Of a DNA stretch of 64,000 bases, positions 49,338-62,296 are shown piece after piece. The notes beneath the pieces were generated by a model, which ran no database searches, was not told where the DNA came from, and saw only the letters and a program-made list of their open reading frames with translations. The stretch lies in NCBI GenBank assembly GCA_003971905.1, contig RSEE01000029.1, positions 620,001 through 684,000 on the forward strand, read 5' to 3'. How positions within the stretch are numbered: position 1 is the stretch's first letter; every line of letters begins with the position of its first letter. The stretch comes from Moniliella sp. 'wahieum' (lineage: Eukaryota). The translations under genes and the position numbers were made by a program.

Positions 49338-51700
49338 ATCCATACCATTGGCAGAGCTTAAGGCTGGGACAAAGAAACGCTACGCCTAAACCATCATGCC
49401 AGTGCTGTTTGGTAGCGCCAACCCCGCTTAAGGAACCAAGGGAATCGCCAGGAGATCAGGACCCTCCGGTGCCCGCCATCCGTTCCCATACCCGAGGTAG
49501 CGCGTATGGATACGGATGGACGTGGTAGACATCCGAGCGAGGAGCCACTTCCATTCAGAGTCAGTAGCCAAAGACTTCCAGTGCCCAAGCATCTTTTGCC
49601 CGCTGTCTTGGTGCCTTAGTATCCTCGCGTCGTCAAGACCAGGAAACGGCGCTTGAGTGCGTCCTTGGTGCTAACAAGGCGTTCTTGTCGCATTCTGCTT
49701 GCTCCAGCAGCCGAAAGCAGCTCCTTCTCCCGACGTTCCAAGGGCGTCGCGGTGCTCTCACATGCATTACCCTCCGGTTCGCGCTCTGCGCCTCCTGCGA
49801 CCCCGTGTCGCGCAGCGTGTCCACCTCCATTCCTGAACCTCCGATTGCTCCAGGCCCCATCACGCGGTAGTCGGTGCGCAGTGCCCTCCTCCCGCGCCTC
49901 GCCCCATCCTCTTCCTGCACAGTAGGATTGTTGTGGACGTGGGTGCGGGGATGGAGCGCATGAGCTGGAGAATGGGCTCCCGCACTGCCGCATGCGACGC
50001 AGTAGTAACTTGGCCTGGCTGCGGGTGCACACCATGATGTGCTGCAGCGAGGACATGACGCCGCACTTACACATGCTGCGCGTGGTGCGGCACAGCGTGC
50101 GGAGCTGGAGACCAACCTGGACTGCTGGTCAGAGAGCTTGAGGCACGGGGTGGATGGAATGGCGGAGAGCCAATTGTGGCTCAGCGGGTTGCTGTGCTCA
50201 ACCACGTGACGACCATCGGCATCGTCCAGTTTATGGAGCAACAGCTGTTGTCGACTCTGCTCTCACATCGGCCGGCAGCGCTGGCATTGCTTCGTAAATG
50301 CGTTTGCCGTCTTCGCCGTTTGCGGTCCCGATCGGTCAACGTAGTGGTAATAGGAAAATCGTTGACCTCGGTGGCCGCGGCACAGGCGTGGGGCGCAATA
50401 TACAAGTAAAGCCGGCTGCCACATCCTCCCATCCGGAGAGGCAGGATCATGAGCATGTCGAACTGGTCGTCCTTGGCACCTTGGGGGACCTCATCGCCCC
50501 GGATCCGCCTGAACTCCGTACAAATGAAGGCATCAATCTCGGCCAGCACATCGTCTAGCTCTCCCCATCTGCATGGTGCGCACAGCAGATGGCGCAGCTT
50601 GGTCTGAGTACTGTATGCCATAGTAAGAGGCGTCCCTGCGCGGTGGTGCCATCATACTTGGGCATGTTCTCCCTCAAACAGGCTGGCCAGTTGGTCCCGG
50701 AGCCACGATCGACGACAGTCTACCTCTCCCACACAAGTCCCCAGGACCTGCAGACCATCCTCCCGAATCCGGTCCCGACCCGCTCGACGCACTTGCGCAG
50801 GTTGATGCGTGAGGCCTGACGCGTCGTCTTCCAAATCTTCGCAGCTAGGCCGGTAATGCCGGCTCGGTCCGAAAATCGTATGTCGTCCAGGTATGCCATC
50901 ACAGGTGCCCCGGCGGCAGCTCCTTTTCCAACCTCTCCAGCGTGGGCCGCACTGCGATGGAGAAGAAAAGGCGGCGAGGGGATCTCCCTGCCGAACGCCC
51001 TCTGCCGACAGAACGCCTGTCTCATTTCCGCCCGACGCAACCCAAAGCTGGGTGGGGGTACCATAGATCCATCGACCCAACGAGAGGAGATGGGGGGGCG
51101 AAGCTGTGGAGCACCTTGGCAAATGTGCGACGGCGCAGTGTTGAAGGCATGGGTAAAGTCGAGCATGGCGACGTGGTTGAAGTCGCCCAGTTCCACATCG
51201 TTCTCCCTGCCTGTCGCTGCCATGCGCTCGACCATCCGTACGATAGACTCCACCCGTTGGCGATGCTACTCCCAGCTGAGTGGGGAGAAGCCAGCTGTTC
51301 GGGGCGATCGCTCGAGCGATGCCTTTGGCCAACAGACGAGAGATCAGTTCCCCACAGGCGATGTGGTGGATACCTCCTGATGCCTTCTCCAGCGGGGCAA
51401 GACGGGAGGGCAACACAGCTCACGGCCTGGAGCAGTGCCGTGGTAAATACTCTTGGTGGGGGCTGTGAGAAAATCAACGAAGCGGTCGCATTCGAGGACC
51501 GCACGTAGGAAGGGCTGGGTCCACCCGGATAGACCTACTGCCCCAACGTCCGGTTGAATGTGGCAATCAAAGCAGCAAAAAGTCGATTTTGTCCAAGTCC
51601 ACCACGGTGCGGTTACTGTCTGCCGCGTCGGTGAGGGTAGTGCCCGGCGGTACCACGCGGCCTGGGTGGGTAGGATGAGCTGTATACTATAACTCTCGAC
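49338..51700 (-). mobile_element. CRE/Cnl1-clade non-LTR retrotransposon (RT plus restriction-like endonuclease), frameshifted; 5' boundary uncertain
   Basis: GLSGWT, LAPLEKASGGIHHIACGELISRL, QLGV, LDFTHAFN, GVRQGDPL, YLDD, LPLRMGGCG, NWLSAIP, CKCG...HIMVC zinc knuckle, HAAV, RTDYRV and the K..K endonuclease region. Confidence 0.87.
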
Positions 51701-52500
51701 GACGACGGTTTTTGGAGAGAATGCATGATGCATTATGGCCCTTGAAAAATATATATTTGATCCGCCTTTCGCCCTGCCGTCTTTCTGGTTGTTTGGTGTG
51801 CCGGGCAGGCAGTGGGGGTAGGCGCAGTTAGTAGATACCAGATCAGCTCGATCAGCTTGATGGATGGCGCAGGCACTCAGGGCGCTCCGCCGGCGCTCAG
51901 GCCGGAGAGTATAAGTTTCTTGTGTACCTCGCTCGGTAGTACATGACAACCATGGTTCATGCATGTTTTGCTCCGTTCAAATACTCGAAACAAATAAACG
52001 GCGGTGGTAGTCAGGCCGTGATGCGATGCGTGACGTGATGGTTTGCTGTGGGCAATTTGATAAGTAACTGAGCACGCGGTGAGTGTACCGATGCTTGAGG
52101 ATTCCTGGGGTGATTGATGATCTGATCGATGATCGGCATCCCAGCACCAGCACGCCATGGCCGCGTGACACACTGCCCCGCCAGCCCGAGCACGCATGCT
52201 TGTTTGTCCTGTCTGGCTGGCAGTGCTGCCGTGCCTGGGCTGCAGGGCTCCCGCCTGCTCCAGCTCGCCCGCCGGCACGCACGGCAGCAGACGATACGCG
52301 GCTGTTAGCGCGTTAGCCCCGGCATGCTGTATCTCCGTTGTGGGCTTTTTTCTTCTTCTCGACGCCCGCTGTCTCTTCCACCGTAGTGTAAAGACGGCTC
52401 CTCGCGCCTCCCTTGAGCGTTCCCCTCCTCTCCCGCCCCTTGGTCCTTGTTCCCTTTCCCCTCCGTATCCTCTCTGTCCCCCTTGTGTACCACCACGGCC

Positions 52501-53134
52501 ATGTCTGCCTCTGCCGCCACTTCGACCCCGCCGCCCACCACGGAAGTCGCCACCATCTCGGCCGGCTGCTACTGGGGGCTGCCACCTATCTTTGAACAGC
52601 ACTTTGGCAAGGGCCGCGGCCTGGTGAGTGGCGAGGTGGGCTTCATTGGTGGCAGTGCCTCCCACCCCACCCCCACGTACGAGGAAGTGTGCACGGGCCG
52701 AACGGGCCACGCGGAAGCGTACCAATTGGTCTACGACCCCTCGCTGGTTTCCTACGCCCAGCTGATTGAGCATTTTTACCGCACACATGACCCTACCACT
52801 GTCGACAGACAGGGCGAGGACCGCGGGACCCAGTACCGCTCCGCCATCTGGGCTCACTCCCCGGAACAGCTCAGCATTGCGCGCCAAGTGACGGCTGAAG
52901 TTCAGAAGAAGGTACGTTGTGCCCCTTCCCCTCTTCTTCGCCACCACGCGGTGTTGGAGACTGACAACTCGTTTGCCTTGCCTCCTAGCACTTTGACCCC
53001 AAGGGCGAGAAGATTGTTACGCTCATGAAGAGCGTCGGCCCCAAGACTTTTTTCCCGCCGACGAGTACCACCAGGACTACCTCTTCAAGCATCCTTCCGG
53101 CTACCACTGTTCTACCCACGTGCTCCACTGGTGA
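52501..53134 (+). CDS. msrA: Peptide methionine sulfoxide reductase MsrA; intron 52912-52988
   Basis: AGCYWG, PTYEEVCTGRTGHAEA, HDPTTVDRQGEDRGTQYRSAI, EYHQDYL..HPSGYHC; ends HVLHW-TGA. Confidence 0.95.
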
Positions 53135-53795
53135 TCGTATTGGTGATGTCACGATGTGACCTGCCTGCCAAGGTGGACCCCTGCTACATGTTACCCTTGT
53201 ACTTCCCTCCCCCCCCTATCGCTCCCTTTCCTACATCCTGCCGACGTCTGGAGCTTGCATCCAACCGCTGCCCAGCACCCTGCGCCCCCGGATTCCGATT
53301 CTCTACCCCATCGCCTCTTCCCTGCCGTCTTCTGGCTGTTGTCTGCATCCTCTGCCTACCCATGTACCCTGCCCTGTGCATCCAACACTGCATCCGTATT
53401 CCCCATTGGTAACCCTCTGCGCTTGCTCTGCGCAGCCCCGCACGACAGGCGTAGAGACGTGTATGACGTGATTGCCTCTGTGTAGGTGGGCGGATGGATG
53501 AGGAGGAGGCGAGTGCGCGTGCGGCTGCGGCGTGAGATGGAGGAGGGGGGATGGATGATGGGTGGGCGAGGCAGGCGGTGCTAAAAGCGCCGTGGGCGAA
53601 GCGAAGAGGCGCGCAGGCGCGACGCCTGCGCCTGTCGTGCCGCATGCGGTCCTGAGTCTGAGTGCTGCGGTGTGCGGCGGTGTGCGCGGTGTGTGCGGCG
53701 GTGTGCTGGGCGGTGCGCTGCGGTGGATGGGCGGCGCGGGGCCAGTGTGGGCGGCGGCGGGCGCTGTGGCGCGGCGCCTGCGGATGCGTGCCTGC

Positions 53796-56273
53796 ATGCC
53801 GCCCGCGCTGCCCAGCCGATCGGCGGGGCCAGGCGTGCTTGAGCCACACAGGCACCCCTCGTGTAGAAAAGCCCAGCCCTCTTCGTTTTTTCACACCGAC
53901 GCCTCCCTCGCCTCTCCTGCCCCCCCCACCGCCACCGCCATGGCCACGCCCCCGTCCCCTCCTTTGCGCCTCAGCCTCTCCTCCGCCCCCTCCGCCCCTC
54001 CGCCCCCTCGGGCCCTGCCAACCCGCCCCTGCGCCCGGCCAGTACGCATCCCAGCCGCTCCAGCCCGGCCGGTATGCATCCACGTCCTTGCACCCCGGCC
54101 AGTTCGTGCCCCGCCGCCCCCACCACAGCCCATGCCGCGCACAGTCAGCGACGGCAGCATCGCCCACCACGCCTACTCTCGCTACGCTGCCCCCCCCGCC
54201 GCCGCCCGCACCCGCGCTTGCCTACTGCTCTTCCCCTCCGCCCGCTGCCTACACCCGCAGCCCACCCCCCCCGTGCCCGCTGCCGCTTCCGCCCCTGCCC
54301 TGGCCAACCCCTATCCCGAGGAAGCTCCTTCTGCCGAACCGACTAGTCCAACGCCCAGCTCACTGCCCCCTTGCCGATCTCCCCGCCCTCGTGACGGAGC
54401 GGGAGAAAGCGCTGGCGCTGGCCGAACCGGCGCGCGTCTTGCGCTGGATCACCTCCCTGATGATTCCTCGAGCGCGACGTTGATGGTTCGCGCCGATCCG
54501 ACGTGCCGTGGAGCGCATGATTGATGATGCGGCTGCTTGGGTACGTGTTGTTTGTTCATGATTCCCGCCTTGTCACCCTAGTGGATTCAGCGCATTCAGT
54601 GGGGACAGTGTGCTGACCTATGGATTCCCCCCGTCCTGCCTTGCTCCTTTCAGGTCTTGCGTCTTACCGACGGCCAGGGCATCCCGCCTGTCGTCCAGGC
54701 CGAAGCGTTTCTGGTCCGTGGCGACCTGCGCGCCAGTGGAACCATGTTCCCGCGCCAGTTCCGCCGAAGTCTGCGTCAGGCCTTTACCGACTACGAGCAT
54801 GCGGCGCGCGGCGGGTGCGCGACGGGGTGGGCGCGGATTGGGCGCGACTACGAAGGATTGAAAGATTATGTGCATGCCAAGGTGGCTTATGAGCAGGGCA
54901 TTTCCAAGGCCGAAGTGGGATGTCAATACCGCATTGCCATGGCTTGCTTGATGGGGCAGCTGGATATGGTACCGGATCACCGTCGTGCCCTGTCATTGCT
55001 CCGCCAGGCCGCATTGCAAGCTACCCTCGACGTTCCCCAACCAGCCTACATTTACGGCATGCTTCTCGCGCAAGAGTTTACGGCGCTGGCCATTGCGCCC
55101 GAACTGTTGCAGGCGTCGGTGGCGCAGGGCGGGAGTGGTCGGACGCTCGAGATGGAAGCAGCCCAGTTCATTGAACGCGCCGCATACCTCCACTACGCCC
55201 AGGCACAGTACAAGATGGGATGGGCGTACGAAAATGCTCGGTTGGACTTACCGTATGAGCCGCTGTTGTCGGTGCAGTGGTACAGCTTAGCGTCGCAGGG
55301 TGGTGTGGCCGAGGCGGATATGGCACTGAGCAAGTGGTTCCTCTGTGGCGCGGACAAGTGCTTTGACATTAACGAATCGCTAGCCTATTCGTTTGCCGAG
55401 AAGGCTGCTGCGGCGCACCTGAGCTCGGCGCAGTTTGCCCTGGGCTACTACACGAAATCGGGGTGGGATGCACAAAAGATGTAGTGACCGCTACGCGCTG
55501 GTACACCCAAGCTGCGGCCCAGGACAATCCCGATGCCAAAGAACGCTTGCGCGCATTGCAAGCTCCCACTCAGCCTACCCTACCCTTACCTCTGGCACCG
55601 TGTCCCCGCAACCCCTCTCGCGCCACGAACACCAACAAAATGTCAATGCGACCATCCAGCGATCCCGCACCCTCGCCGCCCAACGCACCATTGCCCGCCG
55701 CACCAAGGCCGCCGGCCAGCGTCGCGACCAAACCCCTGCCTACGACCACGCCGCACAGGAACAGGCCCGTGCCCATCCTCTACCCCCGCAGTCCAACCCG
55801 GAAGCTCAAGCACGCTACCCTTTCGCTACTCACGCGCCCGCACCCGAACCCCATCCTCACCGGCGCCCGTGCCGGCGCTCCCGTCGGCTCCCACCCCCGT
55901 TCCGGCCGGCGGGGTCGCCGGCACGCACCTCCCCCCGTGCGACCCGGTGCGGACAGCACGGGGTGGCAACAAGAACCGTTGCGACGCAAACAGACCTTGT
56001 CCATGGCCCAGGCCGCGGCGGGGGAAGACGGTACGGTCGCGGAGCGGGAGCCGGAGCGGGAGCCGGACGCGCGCGGCCGTCAGTCGGCCCAGGTGCGAGT
56101 GCAGGTAACGGCGGACGGACCGTTTCGATGGGCGCTGCCCCCCCGGGTCTGGGTCTGGGTCGGGACCAGGACCTGACCTGGCACCTCCCAGCACCGGCGT
56201 CAGGTACAACACGTTTTCCGAGATGGGCTTCCAGCCCAAGAAGCAGAAGCAGGAGGATTGCGTGGTGATGTGA
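53796..56273 (+). CDS. Sel1-repeat protein (chitin synthase regulator Chs4/Skt5-like) with C-terminal CaaX; intron 54541-54653; start uncertain
   Basis: Sel1 repeats AQYKMGWAYE...LSVQWYSLASQGG.AEADMALSKWFLCG, AQFALGYY.EIGVG..KD...A.RWY..AA. C-terminus MGFQPKKQKQEDCVVM-stop (56223-56273). Confidence 0.85.
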
Positions 56274-57886
56274 TGTGTGGTGGGAGCGTGCCAGGATACT
56301 CGATACCGGCCACGAAGGTCACCGGCCACGGTCCAGCCCAGCCAGCCACGTTTACTCCACCAAGTCCAACCCGCTGCCAAGAAAGGGGCAAGGGAAAACG
56401 AAATGGAAATGGGAAAATTGAAAATGACAGGAACGGAAAATGAAGAGGGGAAAGGAGAGGAGGAGGAGGAGAAGAAGAAAGAAGAAGAAGAAGGTGTACG
56501 ACGTCTCTACCAGAAAATACCATCTTTGCATCCGAACGAAACGAGAAGCCGGGTCCGGTAGGGTAGGGTGTTCCATAGCACGGGGTTGGCTTGGTCCAGG
56601 CCCATGTCCATGTACATGCTACTTACCTCGTAGACGCATTGGCATTGGCATTCGCGTTTCTTCCGCATCGGGATCCGGCCGGGTCCGACCGAGGGGAGGC
56701 GACTAAGTACCCAGTACCACGTCCCACGTACAGTACAAAGTCAACGGGGTTCGCCGCGCACGCCCAGGCACCCATCGGACCCAACCGGTCCTGGCACCAC
56801 CCACGCCAGCCCACCAAAGCGTACTAGGCGGACAGACGGGCTGTAGGAGTCCTGACCGGCGCGAAGGCACACGTGTACCCAGGACACAGAGAGGTACGCG
56901 CGGGTACAACAGTATGCTACGTCATGGTTGGTTGGTCCGAGGGATATATAATAGGTACGAGGTAATAGGTACGACGTGAGAGCTACAGGTGTTTAGTGTG
57001 GGTTGACTAGTCAACGGCGCTCCAGTTACGCGTTACGACGGCTTGCTTTCCTACGGCCTAGACACCGCCCCTACCGGGCCCAGGGGACCGGGGGACTGGG
57101 GGACCGCACACCGGGGTTGGGGGTGATGCATGATGCGCAACCTCTTCCCTCTGCCAAATCCAACCGGCCCCGGCCTTGCCCTGCTCGTCTGTGTCTGGGC
57201 TGCGTCGCGCTCGCGCCTTTCCCACGCCTGGGGTCCCACGAGACCGACCAGGCCCCGTCACTAGTCACTAGTCACGCACAAGGCCGGGGGCGCATGGCTC
57301 TACATCCGTAAACTTGGGTGTATTAAGAAACGGGCAACGCGTACGAGCGAAAGGAATGCGCAGGTAGGGGAAAGGGAAAGGGGAAGGGGAAGGGAAGGGA
57401 GACGTGCGCAGAGGGAGGGGGGAGGATTATCAGTAGAGGGGCCAGGGGGGCGGATGGCGGGTGGTGAGCCAGTACAGCCCAGCACAGTCAACCGCGGGCG
57501 TGGGCGTGATGAGGCCCTGAGGAAACGAGGCGGGCACGGGGGTTAGGGGGAAGGAGTGAGTGGTGAGGAGGTATATCGGTGGTGGGAACAGTGTTGAAAT
57601 ACCCAATGCTTAGGCTTAGGTATCGCAAGCCACGTCGTGTCCCGCGAGAGGGGGATGAGGGGAAGGGGGAGATGCAAAGGAGGGCAGGGCGGGACGCAAC
57701 GTGCAACGTGCAACGTGCAACGCGTACCGGTTCCAGGCGCCTCCCAAGAGAAAAAGGCGCAGGCTGCAGGCGTAGAGGGAGGCCCAGTCTGCAAAGTACA
57801 ACGTACAATGTACAACGGGAGGCGGGGGGGGAGGGCAGGGGTAGGCCAACGGAGGCGGCCGACACATGCATGCTGTATCATTCTTA

Positions 57887-59334
57887 TCACACCAACGTCC
57901 TTCCTGAAGAATCGGAGCTGCTGCGTACCGAGGCAGGGTCGAGGGCCGAGCTGGGAGCAGGGTAGGGCGCCGACCCATCCTGCTCTTTTGCTCGTGGGTC
58001 CACAGGCTCCATGCGGACCAAGGACGAGTCTGACGCCGCTGATACAGGCACCACCGCGGCCATAGGAATGTCCGAGGGGATGGGCTGCCATGCGTGTTGT
58101 CGCTCGCTCAAGCCGAGGCAGGGTAAGGGGAAGAGAGGAGGAGGGGGCAAGGTGCTGGACCGGTCCGCATGGCTCAGCGATATGGCCGACGCTGGTGGTG
58201 CGTCACGAAGTAGGAGACGGTCAATGCCGCGGGTACTAAGGTGGGCCGTATGCTGGTGCTCAATTCTTCGTAGTGGGCCCAAGACAGCGCCCGGAAAGAA
58301 GAGGAGCGTCAAGGCACTCCCGGCGGCCAAATCAATCGCCCAGTGATGGTGAAAGTACATCGTCGAGTAAAACATCATGGCCGTATAGAGTGCCATCAAG
58401 CCCGTGCCCACCCGGGCACAGTAGCGCGCTACAACAACGACGAGCACACTGCCGTCGCCGCATGCAACGACGGGATCGCTCCAAAACAACGGGGCCCTTT
58501 CGGAACCCATCGGTGTAGAGGTGCGTGCCTAGCACTTGGTCCACCCGCACCAACCCGGCCGCGTTGCCCGGAAAAGAATAGTCAGGCACCGTGCCAGGCG
58601 GTACGTGTCGTAGTACCACGGCCCGCATGTGGGTTGAGCAATGCAGTGCCAGCCCGTCAAGTTCTGCAGACCAAGGCACCAGCCAAACACGTTGGCCGCA
58701 CTGGGCGGCGCAAAGAACCAGAGCCACCAGCCTACCAGGAACGGCGAGGCGAAATGCAACACGCCATAAAACAGCCACGCCACCACGTCCAGCACTGGCG
58801 CCGGGTCCAGACCCAACGCCAGCTCATTCAGCACGCGCAAGCCCACGGGGAAACATAGCACGGCTGCGGGCCAGGCTAGGGCGCCGGCCACCGCCATTGG
58901 CTTGGCGAGCGCGGATGTGCACAAGGGCCAAGGGAACTAGCAGCAGCGTGCTCACCACCACGCCGGCCGTCGAGAGCATCTTGGCCTCGAGCACGGGCAG
59001 CACGTCGGTGTGGATCTGGTAAGGGAAGGGGGGAGGGGGGTCAGGCGAGGCCAGGGAGGAGGGGGTAAGAAACAAACGCACAGTGGGGCGGATGTGGTCG
59101 GGGATGCGGGCCTGCTTGAAGGCAAAGGTCCAGACGAGGGGCGGGCCATGCCGAAGAGCAGGCCAGCAAGCCAGCGGAGGGGGTGCTTGCCGTTGAGCAG
59201 GACGCGGGTGCAGTGCACGACGAGGCGGCGGACAGGGCGGCAGACGAGGGCGAGGGCAAGGATGGAGGCGAGGAGGGCGAGGATGGGGCCGACAATCTTG
59301 GCCCAGACGGCCAGAGGGCGTAGGCGAGGGCCAT
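57887..59334 (-). CDS. AUR1: Inositol phosphorylceramide synthase; intron 59016-59081
   Basis: IRPT|IH..VLP.LE; LDVVAWLFYGVLHFASPF; PWY; GNAAGLVRVD; GPVV.GAIPSLHA; STMYFHHHWAIDL (PAP2-like catalytic motifs). Confidence 0.92.
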
Positions 59335-62296
59335 GCTGGGGTGGGGAGAGAGGAGAGGAGGAGCAGAGGCGAGGACGAGGACGAGGAGCCCAACCTCGGG
59401 CGAGCGTGGTGGAGGCGGCGGGGGGGGGCACTGGCGGGTGGGGGGGAGGAGGAGCAGCAGACAGGGTCGGAGCGAAGGGCCTGCGAGTGGGTGCGGGCTT
59501 AGCATTCGCTTCGCTTCGTGCCAAGTGAAGTGCTTAGCCAGTCGGGCGGTCGTGCGATGCGCCATCTGCAGCCTGGGCAAGCGCAGCACAGCCCAGCACG
59601 CACCATCGGCCAGCTGTGCCCAGCGCCCAGTGCCACGCCCAGTGCCCAGCACTCTGCCCGCGTCCGAGCCGCCGCACCCACCCGCTCGCGCCATCGTGCA
59701 TCGCCTGCCGTCCGGTGCCGTCACGCGTCACCGCCCCCACACACCCGCCCCGTGCCTCCCGCCCACACCGCGCCGTGCCACCCCCGGGTGGCTTGCCGCT
59801 TGGCCGCCCGGGGGCTGCTGCGGTGGCACCGCGGCCCCGCAGGACTGCGCAGCTCTGCGCAGCCCAGCGCCCCGCCAGTGTGCTTGGCACACGACCGGGG
59901 CCCCTCGGCCGTCGCCTCCACGGCCCCCGATGCATGATGCTTGCGCCTCGTGTGGGACAGGGGATGCTGCGGGCGCCCCCATGCATGATGCATGATGCAT
60001 GATGCATGGTGTCTGATGCATGGTGTCTGATGCATGATGTGCGATGTGTGATGCTGCGCAGAGGCAGTGTCCAGTCTCTCCCGCTGCCACCGCTGTCGTA
60101 CGGTCGTACTAGTCCGCCCAGCCTGCAGGCCCAGTGCGATGTGAGACTGATCGTTGAACGGCGCTGGCCTGGAGGGCTTGGCACTGCGCCGCTGGGCAGC
60201 CGACAGCGAACGTGACGCGTGACGTGTGAACATGTTGAACTTCAACTTGAATAGTGAGATGGAGCGGTGCATTCGGTCAGTCCCAGGAGGCTGCCTCGGA
60301 CTGGCGCGGTGCGCAGCCCCCTGCGCCACCCCGGTGGACCGGTGCTTCCGCGGAGCCTCCCCTCTGTGGGCTACTGTGGGCGTCCATCTTGCCTGGGGCC
60401 GACGCTTGGGCCTTAGGCTAAGGGTTACCTAGTACCTAGCCACTAGTCACTGGCTAGTCACTGGTTAGTCACCAGTCCGCGGGATGGCTCAGGCGCGGTG
60501 TTGAGCCTCAGCTTGCCTGCGCCCTCATGCCGAGGCCGATGCAGGCCGATGCCGGCCGATGGATGGACTGGGTACACCGACTCATGCTTGCCCGACCTGA
60601 CCGACCGGATGGGTGGTCTGGTCGATCGGATGACCGAGGTTCGACTGCTGGCCAATACATATCGTAGAGGCCATCGATGCCAGTCGCTCGGGCAGGCGGC
60701 ACTGGCGCTGCGCTGCGCTGCGCTCGGTCGCGCTCGGCGGGGGGCGCACCACACACTGCTCTCCTGCCCCTGCCTGCTCTGCTTCGCTCGCTCTCTATCG
60801 TGCCTCCCATTTCAGGCGCCAGCAGGCCAGCGTGCGTCGAACGTACTTCCCCTCAGTTACGCGTTACGCTCGCAGAGCACCTGTACCTAGCATGTAGCAC
60901 CCCCCAGCAGCCACTAGCCACTAGCCCTCCACCATCGGCCATCCACCATCCCATGTCGCCCCCCGTGCCAGCCGCTGGGCAGAGAGAGTGATGGAGAGGG
61001 GCGTTCAAGCTCAAGCTTCAAGGACCCTAGAGTGGCCAGAGAACCCCCAGTGACTGGGGACCGGTGATCAATGACCGATGGTCGCTCCAAGCTACACAAC
61101 CGCTCCACCACTCTTCTCCACAACACTGATTGATTGCGACAAGTTGGCCACGTACAGACGATCCACCCACGCAGCAGCCCCCGCCGTCCCCGCCACCTCC
61201 CACTGCCCACCTCCCTATCTCTCCCCATCTCAGATCCCACACCTCCCTGTGCTTTCTACCGCGCCAAGCCATCAGCCAGCCGCACTGCATCACACCAAGC
61301 TTGAAGCTTCATGCACGTTGCACGAAGCGGCTCGAAAAGCACATACTCCCCGCTCCATGATCCCACTCCACGCTCCACGCTCCACGCTCCACACGCTCTC
61401 CGCCACGCTCCCCCGTCACGCGCCACGCGCCACCGCCCCCCCTTGTTTGGTCGCCAGGGGTCGCCTTGGGCCCCTTGAAGCTTGACGTTGGAGCTTGAAG
61501 CTAGATGCAATGCTTTGTCGACTGGATTTGCCCGCTTTTTCCTGCCCGCCTAGTACTTAGTACTTAGTAGGTACATCGATGCTACCAGCCCAAATCTTGA
61601 TAAGGCTCACAGTGAGTACGTACGGCTGCCGCCGCCGAGAATCATTTCCTAGCACTAGCCACGAGTTACTAGGTAGCCTAGCGAGTAACTAACTAGTAAC
61701 CAGCCACCAGTGAGGTTACCTGACCATCATCCACATGGCCTCGCGTATCGAGTCTGCATCTGCATACCTGAGAAGCGCAACGCAATAGGGGGTGCAGAAA
61801 CGCATAACTGGTAGCCGGTAACCGGTAACCTCCCTTGCCGCTGCGGCTTGTGTCACATCTCAGCGTCATCACTTAGACCACATCACACATAGTCACGTGA
61901 CTGACCCACGTGCGCCCTTGGGTGTCTGCGTCTCTCCAGCCTTAACCATTGCTTTGCTGCACCTACCAGTCCCCCAGCGCCCTCAGCTGAAGACTCCTTG
62001 GAAGCTCACCCCCACCATCCCATTTTCTCACTTTCCTTTAGCAGCTTGAGCCCACACTTGACTTGTGGACAGACGTGTGGGCCACTCGCCTGCTGCCGCG
62101 CCACCCTCCCACACGCTACCCCTTCCGTATCTGATGCGCGTACCCAAGCCGTCTATAATGCCTGCCGTCCCCGCCGCCCCGGCTGCCCTCACGGTGGACG
62201 ATGGCGCCCTGGCTCTTCCGCCGGCCCACGTGCACTTGTGCCGTCCATGTCGCGGCCAACAACACACACCCACTCGAGCTTGCCTTTGCAGGCTCT

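Noticed and set aside
51877..52947. Long antisense ORFs (for example 356 aa opposite MsrA, 355 aa opposite the SSN6-like gene)
   Set aside because: They are antisense shadows of real GC-rich CDSs and carry no independent motifs.
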